From Nitrososphaerota archaeon (GTDB lineage Archaea; Thermoproteota; Nitrososphaeria; PSMU01), in NCBI GenBank assembly GCA_040290255.1, contig PSMU01000002.1, positions 256,001 through 320,000 of the forward strand: a stretch of 64,000 nt of DNA. The letters are read 5' to 3'. Position 1 is the stretch's first letter, and every line of letters begins with the position of its first letter. The notes below the pieces were generated by a model, which was given only the letters and a program-made list of their open reading frames with translations, had not been told where the DNA came from and made no database searches. The translations under genes and the position numbers were made by a program. Shown piece by piece: positions 9,052 through 17,554 of the stretch.

Positions 9052-9791
9052 AGGAAGGACTGGCCCGGCTGGAGGAGCTTCGCGAGAAATGCGAGGCGAT
9101 CCTGAGGGGGGAGGGCGATGCCTTCGCCCTGGACGTCTCCGAGGCGCTCGATGCGCTGGCGGCGCTCTTTTCGAGGTGGAGGAGGGCGGAGGAGATGCAG
9201 GCCGATGCACATGTCTTCGCGCTGCTGGCCGAGGTGCTCTGCCTGCAATCCAGGAGGGCCGTGGAGCAAGCCGCGCTGCTCGCGGTGGACCCCTCCCTTA
9301 TCGCCCAGAAGGTCGCCTCCTCCTCCCCGGCCCAGCTGGCCAGCTGCCTGGTCGTGAGCTGGAGAAGGCTCGCCGTCATCGAGCAGCTCGGGCCTGAACG
9401 GCTTAGGGAGGCGATAGAATACTATCTGAGCCTGGCGCCGCTCAGGGCGAGAAGCCTGAGGCTCGGCAGGCCAAGGACCTTTGTGCCCGAAAGGCTCTCC
9501 CGGCAGGAGATGGCGGAGCTAAGGCAGCTGCAGGAGGTTGAGCTGGAGCAGGAGCTAAAGAAGCTGGAGGACGAGCTGGAGGAGAAGGGCGAGGCAGATT
9601 ACTATTCCTTTGTCTATGCAAAGGGCGAGGAGCTGGCCGCCTTTAGGGCCCTTCTTGTGGCCCACCTGGTGAGCAGGGGCAGGGCTGCCCTGGACGTGAA
9701 CCCGCTGGAGGGTAAGCTGACGCTTAGGCGCCTGAACCCGGGCGAGCCCTTGGGCGTGCCTCGGTCCGTGGCGGTTCCCCTTAGAAGGTGA
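9048..9791 (+). CDS. Putative kleisin (Nse4/ScpA-like)
   Basis: TTG start overlaps the SMC stop (TTGA). N-terminal 'GDAFALDVSEAL' resembles the ScpA DPWDID helix; C-terminal WH-like 'DYYSFVY...ALLVAHLVSRGRAALDVNPLEGKLTL'. Confidence 0.65.
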   Translation: MKEGLARLEELREKCEAILRGEGDAFALDVSEALDALAALFSRWRRAEEMQADAHVFALLAEVLCLQSRRAVEQAALLAVDPSLIAQKVASSSPAQLASCLVVSWRRLAVIEQLGPERLREAIEYYLSLAPLRARSLRLGRPRTFVPERLSRQEMAELRQLQEVELEQELKKLEDELEEKGEADYYSFVYAKGEELAAFRALLVAHLVSRGRAALDVNPLEGKLTLRRLNPGEPLGVPRSVAVPLRR

Positions 9792-9792
9792 C

Positions 9793-10329
9793 ATGGGCGA
9801 GCGGCCAAGCAGCGAGGAGGTGCTGGGGCCCAAGGTGAGGAGAGCTCTTCAGCTGCTCCTGGCGCAGAGGGGGCTCCTGCCGGGCGCCAAGGCCTGGGAG
9901 CTCAAGAAGGTGGCGGGGGCGGACATGCCCGCCGTCCTAGAGGCGGTGAGCAGCTACGCGCAGCAGCTCGGCCTCGAGCTAAGGCGGGTGGGCGATGGAG
10001 AGGAGGCCAGATACTTTTTGGTCTTCAGGGAGCAACCGCCCTTCGGCGTGAGCTTGGGCATGAGGGTGGACGACCTGGCGATGCTGGCCGCCAGCCTCGC
10101 CTACATACATGCCCGCGGCGGTTCGGCCGGCAGGGGGGAGATAGAGGGCCTGCTAAAGGATAAGTTCGCCGCCTGGCGAATTAGGATGGCCCTCGCCCGC
10201 TTCGTGAGGCTAGGCTACCTAGAGGAGCAGGAGGGCGTCCTGCGGCTGGGCTGGAGGGCAAGGGCGGAAGTGGACTTAACCCTGCTCTCCCAGCTCATGG
10301 CCGCCCTCAGGCCTGAGGGCGGGGCCTAG
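9793..10329 (+). CDS. Putative KITE subunit (tandem winged helix, Nse3/MAGE- or Nse1/ScpB-like)
   Basis: LGLELRRV..RYFLV, LAYIHARGG, FVRLGYLEE and LGWRARAEVD motifs; starts 1 nt after the kleisin stop. Confidence 0.72.
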   Translation: MGERPSSEEVLGPKVRRALQLLLAQRGLLPGAKAWELKKVAGADMPAVLEAVSSYAQQLGLELRRVGDGEEARYFLVFREQPPFGVSLGMRVDDLAMLAASLAYIHARGGSAGRGEIEGLLKDKFAAWRIRMALARFVRLGYLEEQEGVLRLGWRARAEVDLTLLSQLMAALRPEGGA

Positions 10330-11171
10330 TTTCCCGAAAGCCGCTGCTTCTCGGCGAACCTGCTGGCGTTCACGCTGCCCCTTCGGTAGCCCTGCATATC
10401 CAGGGCCACATGCCTAAAGCCGAGCGCCTGCAGGGCCTCGGCCACCTTATCCAAGACGCGCTGGTCGAAGAAGAGCCTCCTCTCATTGGCGCCGACCTCC
10501 ACCCTGGCCACGTCGCCGTGCACGCGCACCCTGACCAGGCTTGCGCCCGTAATATGAGCCACGAGCTCCTCGGCCTTCTCCACGGTCCTGAGCGCCTCCA
10601 GCGTAAGGCCGGTCCAGTGAGGTATGCGCGTTGCCAGGCAGCTCTCCGCGGGCTTGGCGTGGTTGGGAAGGCCCAGGGCCTTGGCCAGCCGCCTGACCTC
10701 CTGCTTGTTAAAGCCCAGCTCCAGCAGCGGGCTCCTGATGCCCCTCTCCCTGAGCGCCCTGAGCCCGGGCCTGAAGTCCCTGAGGTCATCGATCTCGGTG
10801 CCGTCCACCACCACGTCCGCGCCCAGCTGCTTGGCCAGCTCCAGCAGCCTTTCCGCGAGCCCCCGCCGGCAGTAGTAGCAGCGAAGCGGCGTATTCGCGC
10901 TTATGAGCGGGGGCAGCTCGTCCTCATCGCCTATTACGATGTGCTTAAGGCCCAGTCGGCGCGCCACGGACTTCGCTACCTCCAGCTCCCTCCTGGCGAC
11001 GAGGGCCGAGGCCTGCGTAACGGCCACGGCGCGTTCGCCCAGCGCAAGCTTCGCGGCATACGCTACCAGCGTGCTGTCTACGCCGCCGGAGTAGGCCACC
11101 AGGGCCCCCTTAAAGGGGGAGAACCACTGGACCAGCTGGCGCAGCCTTTCCTCCGTGCCGGGCACGTTCAT
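10326..11171 (-). CDS. larE: ATP-dependent sulfur transferase LarE
   Basis: PP-loop SGGVDS, RCYYCR, DDLRDFRPG, SCLATRIP, VRVRVHG. Confidence 0.9.
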   Translation of the reverse strand: MNVPGTEERLRQLVQWFSPFKGALVAYSGGVDSTLVAYAAKLALGERAVAVTQASALVARRELEVAKSVARRLGLKHIVIGDEDELPPLISANTPLRCYYCRRGLAERLLELAKQLGADVVVDGTEIDDLRDFRPGLRALRERGIRSPLLELGFNKQEVRRLAKALGLPNHAKPAESCLATRIPHWTGLTLEALRTVEKAEELVAHITGASLVRVRVHGDVARVEVGANERRLFFDQRVLDKVAEALQALGFRHVALDMQGYRRGSVNASRFAEKQRLSGN

Positions 11172-12214
11172 GTCGTGGCCTTCTTCCCCCCGCCTAAAAA
11201 GGAGGCGGTGAGCCGCCTCAGCGCCTCCGCCTCGAGCACCTGCCTGACCCTTTCGTAACCCTCGCCCGTCTCCTCACATAGGCTTACGATGTCCTCGTGC
11301 TCAGGCCTTATGCGCAGAAGCCTCCCGTGCTCATCATAGGCCACCTTAACCCTCACGCTCCTAACCCCCCAGGGCGTGGTCAGCCTCAGCTTTACCAGCT
11401 CCCTTGGCGCCTTAACCCATAGCGCAGTCTGCACCCTGGCGCCCAGCGTGAGGCCCTCCCTGAGAAGCAGATGGGCGAGCGTGGGGCCAAGCCCGGCGGG
11501 GGCGAGCACGCGTAGCGATGAGCCCAGCCGCCCCTTCTTGCCCACATAGGGGAAGACCTGGGCATCATAGGCGCCGCGCTTCAGCAGTCTGCTGGCTATA
11601 TGCGCGAGCTGCGCGGGGCTCACGTCATCCAGGCTCGACTCGACGACGTCCAGCTGCTCCGCGGGCGGCGCCTCCAGCTCTTCGGCCAGGGCGACGAGGA
11701 GGGAGCCCTCCCTTCCCCAGTCCTGGGCCTCATGATGCTTGACCAGGAGCGCGCCCGATGAGGATAGATAGGCCTTCGCCAGGAGCCCGAGCAGGATGAG
11801 CGCCTCAGGCTGGGGCGCGGGGAGATCCTCGCTCAGCCTGACGGGCATGCCCAGCCCCGCAGCGAGCCTTATGCAGGCGGGCTCGGGGGGGAGGGCGGGC
11901 GGCATTACATAGGTCCTTGAGGCCAGCAGCCCCGCCAGCGCGGAGCAGAAGGAGGCCAGCGCCAAGGCCCCCTCGCTCGGGCTGATGCCCTCCTTCTCGG
12001 CATGCCTCCTCAGCTCCAACGCGATGCCCCTCGGCCTTGTCAAGGGGCGCACCTCGGGCCCTTCCCGCAGGGAGGCAATTACCCCCCTCCTCCTTAGCTC
12101 AGGAAGCAGGCGGCGGTCCGTAAACCCTGACCTGCGCGCCAAGGCCAGCAGCGCCTTTGCCAGCGCATCGAGGGCGAGCCCGCGGCCCTGGGCCCTGATC
12201 AAAAGGCTCTGCAA
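11168..12214 (-). CDS. larC: Nickel insertase LarC-like protein (conserved C-terminal domain, divergent N-terminal domain)
   Basis: ESSLDDVSP, GAYD, GKKGRLG, TLGAR, RVKVA and PEHED in the C-terminal half; located between larE and larB. Confidence 0.75.
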   Translation of the reverse strand: MQSLLIRAQGRGLALDALAKALLALARRSGFTDRRLLPELRRRGVIASLREGPEVRPLTRPRGIALELRRHAEKEGISPSEGALALASFCSALAGLLASRTYVMPPALPPEPACIRLAAGLGMPVRLSEDLPAPQPEALILLGLLAKAYLSSSGALLVKHHEAQDWGREGSLLVALAEELEAPPAEQLDVVESSLDDVSPAQLAHIASRLLKRGAYDAQVFPYVGKKGRLGSSLRVLAPAGLGPTLAHLLLREGLTLGARVQTALWVKAPRELVKLRLTTPWGVRSVRVKVAYDEHGRLLRIRPEHEDIVSLCEETGEGYERVRQVLEAEALRRLTASFLGGGKKATT

Positions 12215-12238
12215 GCCCCTTCAAGACGGGGCCTTTGC

Positions 12239-12245
12239 TTTAAAA
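12239..12245. promoter_or_regulatory. Bidirectional TATA box shared by larC and larB
   Basis: TTTAAAA sits 27 nt before the larB GTG (12266) and, read on the other strand, 31 nt before the larC TTG (12214). Confidence 0.55.
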
Positions 12246-12265
12246 GCGCTCTCCCATGAAGGGCC

Positions 12266-13042
12266 GTGCAGCTCAGGGATCTGCTAGAGGCTGTGGCCAG
12301 GGGCATGATGAGCCCGGAGGAGGCGGAGAGGAGGATTAGGCTCTGGGCCATTGAAGAGATCGAGGGGCGCCTCAAGCTCGACATAGGCAGGGGGCTTAGG
12401 AGGGGGGTCCCCGAGGTCATCTTGGGCGAGGGGAAGGAAAGGCAGGAGATCCTGGGCGCGGTGATAAAGCTGCTCGAGGCCTCTCAGCCCGCCTTAGTTT
12501 CGCGCCTGGAGGCGCAGAGGGGCGAGGAGCTCCTCGGGCTAATACGGGAGCTCGGCTACGATGCGGACTATAGCGCGCAGGCAGGGCTGCTGAGGGCACG
12601 CCCGAAGCGCTCGGCCCCCAGCGCGCCGCACGGGAGGGTGGGCATCCTTACGGCGGGGACCGCCGATAGGGGCGTGGCGCTGGAGGCGAAGCTCACGGCC
12701 GAGGAGATGGGCTGTCAAGTCGAGCTGGTCGAGGACGTGGGCATCGCGGGCCTGCAGCGCACGCTGCAGGGAGTAAAGAGGCTGCTGGAGCAGGACGTGG
12801 ACATCATCATCGCCGTGGCCGGGATGGAGGGCGCGCTGCCCTCGGTGGTGGCCTCGCTCTCACCCGTGCCCGTGGTGGCCCTGCCCTCCTCCAGGGGGTA
12901 CGGATATGGAGGAGGGGGCAGGGCCGCACTGCTGTCGGCGCTTCAGGCCTGTCCCCTGGGGCTGGCCTGCGTGAATATAGATGCGGGCGTCGGGGCCGGC
13001 ATCTTCGCCGCCCTCGTGGCCCAGCGCGCTAGGAGAAGGTGA
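12266..13042 (+). CDS. larB: Nickel pincer cofactor carboxylase/hydrolase LarB
   Basis: RRGVPEVILGEGK, TAGTAD, DVGIAGL, VAGMEGALPSVV, PSSRGYG, VNIDAG. Confidence 0.92.
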   Translation: MQLRDLLEAVARGMMSPEEAERRIRLWAIEEIEGRLKLDIGRGLRRGVPEVILGEGKERQEILGAVIKLLEASQPALVSRLEAQRGEELLGLIRELGYDADYSAQAGLLRARPKRSAPSAPHGRVGILTAGTADRGVALEAKLTAEEMGCQVELVEDVGIAGLQRTLQGVKRLLEQDVDIIIAVAGMEGALPSVVASLSPVPVVALPSSRGYGYGGGGRAALLSALQACPLGLACVNIDAGVGAGIFAALVAQRARRR

Positions 13043-14198
13043 AGCCTATATGATCGTGCTCGGCGGCCAGCTTCTCCACACGTGGCCTTACCTCCTCTGG
13101 GTCGCGGCCCTTGGCCACCTCCGCTATCAGCTCGGCGAGGAGCTCCATCTCGCCCTGGCCCATGCCGCGCCTCGTCACCTCACATACGCCGAGCCTGATC
13201 CCCCTGTCCACGATGATCGAGGCACGCTCCAGCCTCTCCGGCAGCTGGGGGCGGGCGTCGCGTAGCAGGACCTGATGTGAATAAGTATAGGAGCCCAGCG
13301 TGCGCTTGACGGCTATGCCCAGCTCATCGAGGGCCTTGGCCAGGGCGTTGGCGTTCCTGACGACCCTTTGCGCGTACTCCCTGGCGAAGGCCCGGGCCTC
13401 GAGCAGCGCGTATGTTAGCGCGGCTATCCTGTTCCAGTGCGCGTTATCCACCAGCGAGGGATACAGCGCTGCTCTGACACGGGCGGCCACGTCCTCGTTG
13501 GAGAAGAGCAGCAGCCCTCCCTGGGGCCCCCAGAAGCTCTTGTGGGTGGAGCCGTAGAGCACCAGCGCGCCCTCCTTCAGGGGTTCCTGAAAGGCATGGC
13601 CGGCCATCAGCCCCAGCACATGGGAGCCGTCATAGACCAAGGGCCTGCCCAGCGTGGCCAGCTTTCCCACGGGGTGAGGGTATATTATGAAGCTGGCCCC
13701 TAAGATGAGGAGGTCGGCATCGGCCTTCGCCAGCAGCTCCAGGGCCTCCTCGGCCCTAATGGCCATCACCTGCTCGTCGAAGGGATAGTAGAGCGTCCTT
13801 ATGCCCAACAGGCCCGCGAGCCCTAGGTGGGAGAGGCCGGGGTAACCGCCCTGCTCGGGCGAAACCATGGCGGCCAGGCCGCCGGGCCTGACGAAGCTCA
13901 GAAGCACGCTCATGGCCGCCACATGCCCCGATATGGGCCTCAGGTCCGCGTCCTCGGCGCCGAAGAGCTCGGCGGCCACCCGCCTCCCTAGGCGCTCTAC
14001 CTCGTCCGTATAACGGGTACCCATGTAGAAACCATCGGGCGCCGTGTACCTGTGCCCGAAGTCAGAAGAGAGCAGTCCCCTGACGGCCGGGCTCGTGACG
14101 TTTTCCGAGGGGATCAGGTTGATGCACCTCTTCCCCCTCCATTCCTCATGCGCGCGGACCAGCGCCAGCAGCTCCGTTACGAGCGCCGGTTCGCCCAT
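13029..14198 (-). CDS. glyA: Serine hydroxymethyltransferase (archaeal type)
   Basis: INLIPSEN, YDGSHVLGL, GSTHKSFWGPQGG, GIRLG. Confidence 0.85.
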   Translation of the reverse strand: MGEPALVTELLALVRAHEEWRGKRCINLIPSENVTSPAVRGLLSSDFGHRYTAPDGFYMGTRYTDEVERLGRRVAAELFGAEDADLRPISGHVAAMSVLLSFVRPGGLAAMVSPEQGGYPGLSHLGLAGLLGIRTLYYPFDEQVMAIRAEEALELLAKADADLLILGASFIIYPHPVGKLATLGRPLVYDGSHVLGLMAGHAFQEPLKEGALVLYGSTHKSFWGPQGGLLLFSNEDVAARVRAALYPSLVDNAHWNRIAALTYALLEARAFAREYAQRVVRNANALAKALDELGIAVKRTLGSYTYSHQVLLRDARPQLPERLERASIIVDRGIRLGVCEVTRRGMGQGEMELLAELIAEVAKGRDPEEVRPRVEKLAAEHDHIGFTFS

Positions 14199-14199
14199 G

Positions 14200-14607
14200 T
14201 CATCCCTCTTGGGCCTCCTCGGAGAGCGAGGAGCCCAGGTATCCGTAAAGCGCCAGCTTGAGCACCTTTAGCGGCAGCAGCGCGCACTTGATCCTCACGG
14301 GGCCGAGCTCTGGGAGGCCCATGTTCTCCAGCAGCACCTCCTTGGTGATACCCCTGACCTCCTCTATGCTCTTGCCCTGGACGAGCTCCGAAAGGATGGA
14401 CGCGGCCGCCTGGCTTATGGCGCAGCCCTTTCCCTCGAAGGCCACATCGGCGACCCGGCCATCCTCCAGCCTCAAGTAGTATTCTACGACGTCGCCGCAG
14501 AAAGGGTTCGAGTCCCTGGCGTGCGCGTTGTGCCTCTCCAGCCTGCCCTTATGGCGAGGATTTCGGTAATGGTCCAGGATGAGGTCGACGTAGGCATCGC
14601 TAGCCAT
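14200..14607 (-). CDS. sufU: SufU/IscU-type Fe-S scaffold or sulfur acceptor
   Basis: ILDHYRNPRH, NPFCGD, GCAISQAAAS, RIKCALL. Confidence 0.9.
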   Translation of the reverse strand: MASDAYVDLILDHYRNPRHKGRLERHNAHARDSNPFCGDVVEYYLRLEDGRVADVAFEGKGCAISQAAASILSELVQGKSIEEVRGITKEVLLENMGLPELGPVRIKCALLPLKVLKLALYGYLGSSLSEEAQEG

Positions 14608-15845
14608 CAAGCGAGCACCTCCCGGGCCCTCTTAAGGCCCTCCGCAAGGCGCTCGACCTCCTCCTCCTGGTTATAAAGGTAAAAGCTGGCCCTGCAGCTC
14701 GCCTCAAGGCCCAGCCTGGTGTGAAGCGGCATGGTGCAGTGATGGCCCGAGCGTATCGCCACGCCCTCCCTGTCCAGGATCGCGGCCACGTCATGGGGGT
14801 GCACGCCGTTCACGTTAAACGCGACGAGCCCCACCCTCTCATCGGCCTCCCTTGGGCCATATAGCGTGATGAAGGGCAGCTCACCGAGGAGGTCCAGGGC
14901 CAGCCTCGTCAAGGCCACGTCGTGCTGCCTTATCCAGCCCCGGCCCACCCCCTCCAGATAATCGACCGCGGCCCCCAGCGCTACGGCGCCGGCCACGTTG
15001 GGCGTGCCCGCCTCGAACTTCCAGGGCACCTCATTCCAAGTGGCATGGTCCAGGTATACCTCCTTGATCATCTCCCCGCCCCCATGAAAGGGCTCCATCT
15101 CGTCAAGCAGCTCCCTCTTGGCATAGAGCGCGCCTATGCCCATTGGAGCGAGCATCTTGTGCCCCGAGAGCGCGTAGAAGTCGCAGCCCAGCTCCGGCAC
15201 GCTCGTAGGAAGGTGGGGGGCCCCCTGCGCCCCGTCGACGAGCACGCGCGCGCCGCGATCATGGGCCAGGCGCACCAGGCGGTCCAGCCTGGGAATGGTG
15301 CCCAAGACGTTAGAGGCCTGCGTCACGGCCACCAGCTTGGTCCTATCGTCCACAAGGGCCTCCAGCTGCTCCTCCTTCAGCTGCCCCTCCTCATCGATGT
15401 CCACGTACCTGAGCTGAGCGCCCCTCTCCTTCGCCAGGAGCTGCCACGGGACGATGTTGCTGTGGTGCTCCATTATGGTGAGCACGATATTATCGCCTTG
15501 CCGCACGTGCGCCCTGCCCCAGCTGTACGCTACAAGGTTTATCGCTTCGGTGGCGCCGCGCACGAAGACGACTTCTCTCGCGCTCTTGGCTCCCAAGAAC
15601 CGCGCGACCTTGAGCCTAGCCGCTTCATAGGCCTCCGTCGCCTCTTCAGCTAGCCTGTGTATCGCCCTGTGCACGTTGGCGTTGCTTCGCTCATAAAAGC
15701 CCAAGTAGGCCTCGAGCACCTGGCGCGGCTTCTGCGTGGTCGCGGCGTTGTCCAGGTAGGCTAGGGGCTTGCCGTTCACCATCCTGGAGAGAATCGGGAA
15801 GTCGAGCCTGATGCGCTCGACCTTGGCCTGCTGGCCCAAGGCCAC
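14607..15845 (-). CDS. sufS: Cysteine desulfurase SufS
   Basis: YLDNAATTQKP, EHHSNIVPW, SGHKM, RSGHHC. Confidence 0.95.
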   Translation of the reverse strand: MALGQQAKVERIRLDFPILSRMVNGKPLAYLDNAATTQKPRQVLEAYLGFYERSNANVHRAIHRLAEEATEAYEAARLKVARFLGAKSAREVVFVRGATEAINLVAYSWGRAHVRQGDNIVLTIMEHHSNIVPWQLLAKERGAQLRYVDIDEEGQLKEEQLEALVDDRTKLVAVTQASNVLGTIPRLDRLVRLAHDRGARVLVDGAQGAPHLPTSVPELGCDFYALSGHKMLAPMGIGALYAKRELLDEMEPFHGGGEMIKEVYLDHATWNEVPWKFEAGTPNVAGAVALGAAVDYLEGVGRGWIRQHDVALTRLALDLLGELPFITLYGPREADERVGLVAFNVNGVHPHDVAAILDREGVAIRSGHHCTMPLHTRLGLEASCRASFYLYNQEEEVERLAEGLKRAREVLA

Positions 15846-16153
15846 TATTCCTCTACCTCTATGAACAGGTCATCATCCTCTCTTATAACCTTATAGACCT
15901 TGAGGGGCCTCTCGGCAGGTGGGTTCAGCACCTCGCCCGTCTCAAGGAGAAACTGGGAGAGGTGCCTAGTACAGACGATGCTGTCCTCCAGCAGCAGGCC
16001 ATGGGCCAGGTCGAAGTCTTCGTGCGTGCAGTAGCCCTCGAGGCAGTAGACCCTCTCGCCTCGCCTGACGAGGATCAGATGAAGGGGCCCTAGGTCCAGC
16101 GCCCTTACCTCCCCGTCCGCCAGCTCCGAAAGCCTGCAGGCATAATGCTTCAT
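15845..16153 (-). CDS. Rieske-type [2Fe-2S] ferredoxin
   Basis: CTH...CTRH ligands, TGEVLNPPA. Confidence 0.9.
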   Translation of the reverse strand: MKHYACRLSELADGEVRALDLGPLHLILVRRGERVYCLEGYCTHEDFDLAHGLLLEDSIVCTRHLSQFLLETGEVLNPPAERPLKVYKVIREDDDLFIEVEE

Positions 16154-16154
16154 C

Positions 16155-17552
16155 CTACCTGGTGGGCCTATACTTGTAGTGCGTCTGGAAGACGTCGTAC
16201 AGCGAGATGTGCCGGGCCTCGGCCTCCGGCAGCGGCTCCTCGGCCGCCACCAAGGGGGCTTGGCCCATCTCCTGCCAGCGCTCCGCTATCAGCCGCCTCA
16301 TCTTGTGCCTTGCCTCGGGAAGCGGGATCTGCTGTATGAGCGGCTCGAAGAAGGCCTGCACGAGCATAAGGCGCGCCTCCTCCTCCGTGAAGCCCCGGGC
16401 CATCAGGTAAAAGACCTGCTCCTCATCCAGCTGGGCCACCGAGCCGGCGTGGGTGGCCCTCACCTCATTGGTGGCTATCTCGAGGCTGGGTATCGGGTCC
16501 ACCCTCGCGCCCCGGTCCAGCACCATCGCGCTCTCGCCCAGGTAGGAGTCCGAGTACTTGGCCGCGTTCAGGATCTTAATCAGGCCCTTCAGCACCGCGA
16601 CGGAGGTCTGCCGCGCGATGCTCCTGGTCAGCGAGAGGCTCCTCGTGTAGGGCCTCTCGTGTAGGAGCAGCGTATGCAGGTCAAACCTCTGGCGTCCCCT
16701 CGAGAAGCAGGCCTCGAAGCACTCCGAAGAGGAGCCCTCGCCCACCAGGGCGGAGTGAAGCCTTGACCTCAGCACCAACCCTCCAAAGTGGCCCACCATC
16801 CACCGCACCCTGGCATCCCTTTTAGCGAAGGAGGTCCTGTTCAGCAGCACGTTCGTGTTCTGCGGCAGGTCCTGAACCGCGACGACGTTGACCTCGCTGT
16901 TATCTCCGGCCACCACCTCCAAGGCCTGTCCGAAGAGGCCTCCCTCCTCCCTGGCCGGCGCATATGCCTCCCAGACGACGGTGAGCGAAGCGCCCTCGCC
17001 CACCGATATGAAGTCCCTGGTGAAGGAGCTCCTGGCCTCCCTCTGTAGTGTGAGCACGTGCAGGGGGCTCTTCACCTGCAGCCCCGCCGGCACCTGAAGC
17101 ACAAAGCCATCGGTGAAGAAGGCATGAATCAACGCCGAGGCCTTATCCTCGTCGGGCCTCATGCCCGCCTGCGCGAACAGCTCCCTCGCCCCCTGCTCGT
17201 CCTGGCCGATAAGCGAGGCCAGGCTTACTAAGCGCACCCCCTGGGCGGCGAGCTGCTCGCAGTTCAGGGCCTCAGCGAGGTGGCCATCCACAAAAACCAG
17301 GAGGGGGCCGGGCACCTGCTCCTGTAGCTTGCTCAGGAGCTCCCTCTCGACCGAAGGCCTCGTCGCCGCGGGCGCAAGCCTTGAGGGATCGAAGGCCTCC
17401 GGGTCGACATACTTCGTGTAAAGGGGCGAGGGCTCCGGCGGCAGGTCGCGATAGAGCCTCAGCGCTACAAGCCTCATCTGCCTCAGCCAGGCCGGCTCCT
17501 CCTTGGACTGAAGTAGCCTCTCCAGCTCGGCCAGCGCGGGCTCTAGGGCCAT
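16155..17552 (-). CDS. sufD: Fe-S assembly protein SufD
   Basis: PSLEIATNEVRATHAGSV, FYLMARG; lies after sufB. Confidence 0.9.
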   Translation of the reverse strand: MALEPALAELERLLQSKEEPAWLRQMRLVALRLYRDLPPEPSPLYTKYVDPEAFDPSRLAPAATRPSVERELLSKLQEQVPGPLLVFVDGHLAEALNCEQLAAQGVRLVSLASLIGQDEQGARELFAQAGMRPDEDKASALIHAFFTDGFVLQVPAGLQVKSPLHVLTLQREARSSFTRDFISVGEGASLTVVWEAYAPAREEGGLFGQALEVVAGDNSEVNVVAVQDLPQNTNVLLNRTSFAKRDARVRWMVGHFGGLVLRSRLHSALVGEGSSSECFEACFSRGRQRFDLHTLLLHERPYTRSLSLTRSIARQTSVAVLKGLIKILNAAKYSDSYLGESAMVLDRGARVDPIPSLEIATNEVRATHAGSVAQLDEEQVFYLMARGFTEEEARLMLVQAFFEPLIQQIPLPEARHKMRRLIAERWQEMGQAPLVAAEEPLPEAEARHISLYDVFQTHYKYRPTR

Positions 17553-17554
17553 GC

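Noticed and set aside
7081-10329. Wadjet (JetABCD/MksBEFG) defence system
   Set aside because: No Toprim JetD gene, SMC-first gene order, a much shorter SMC with SMC5/6-type motifs, and a housekeeping rather than defence-island context.
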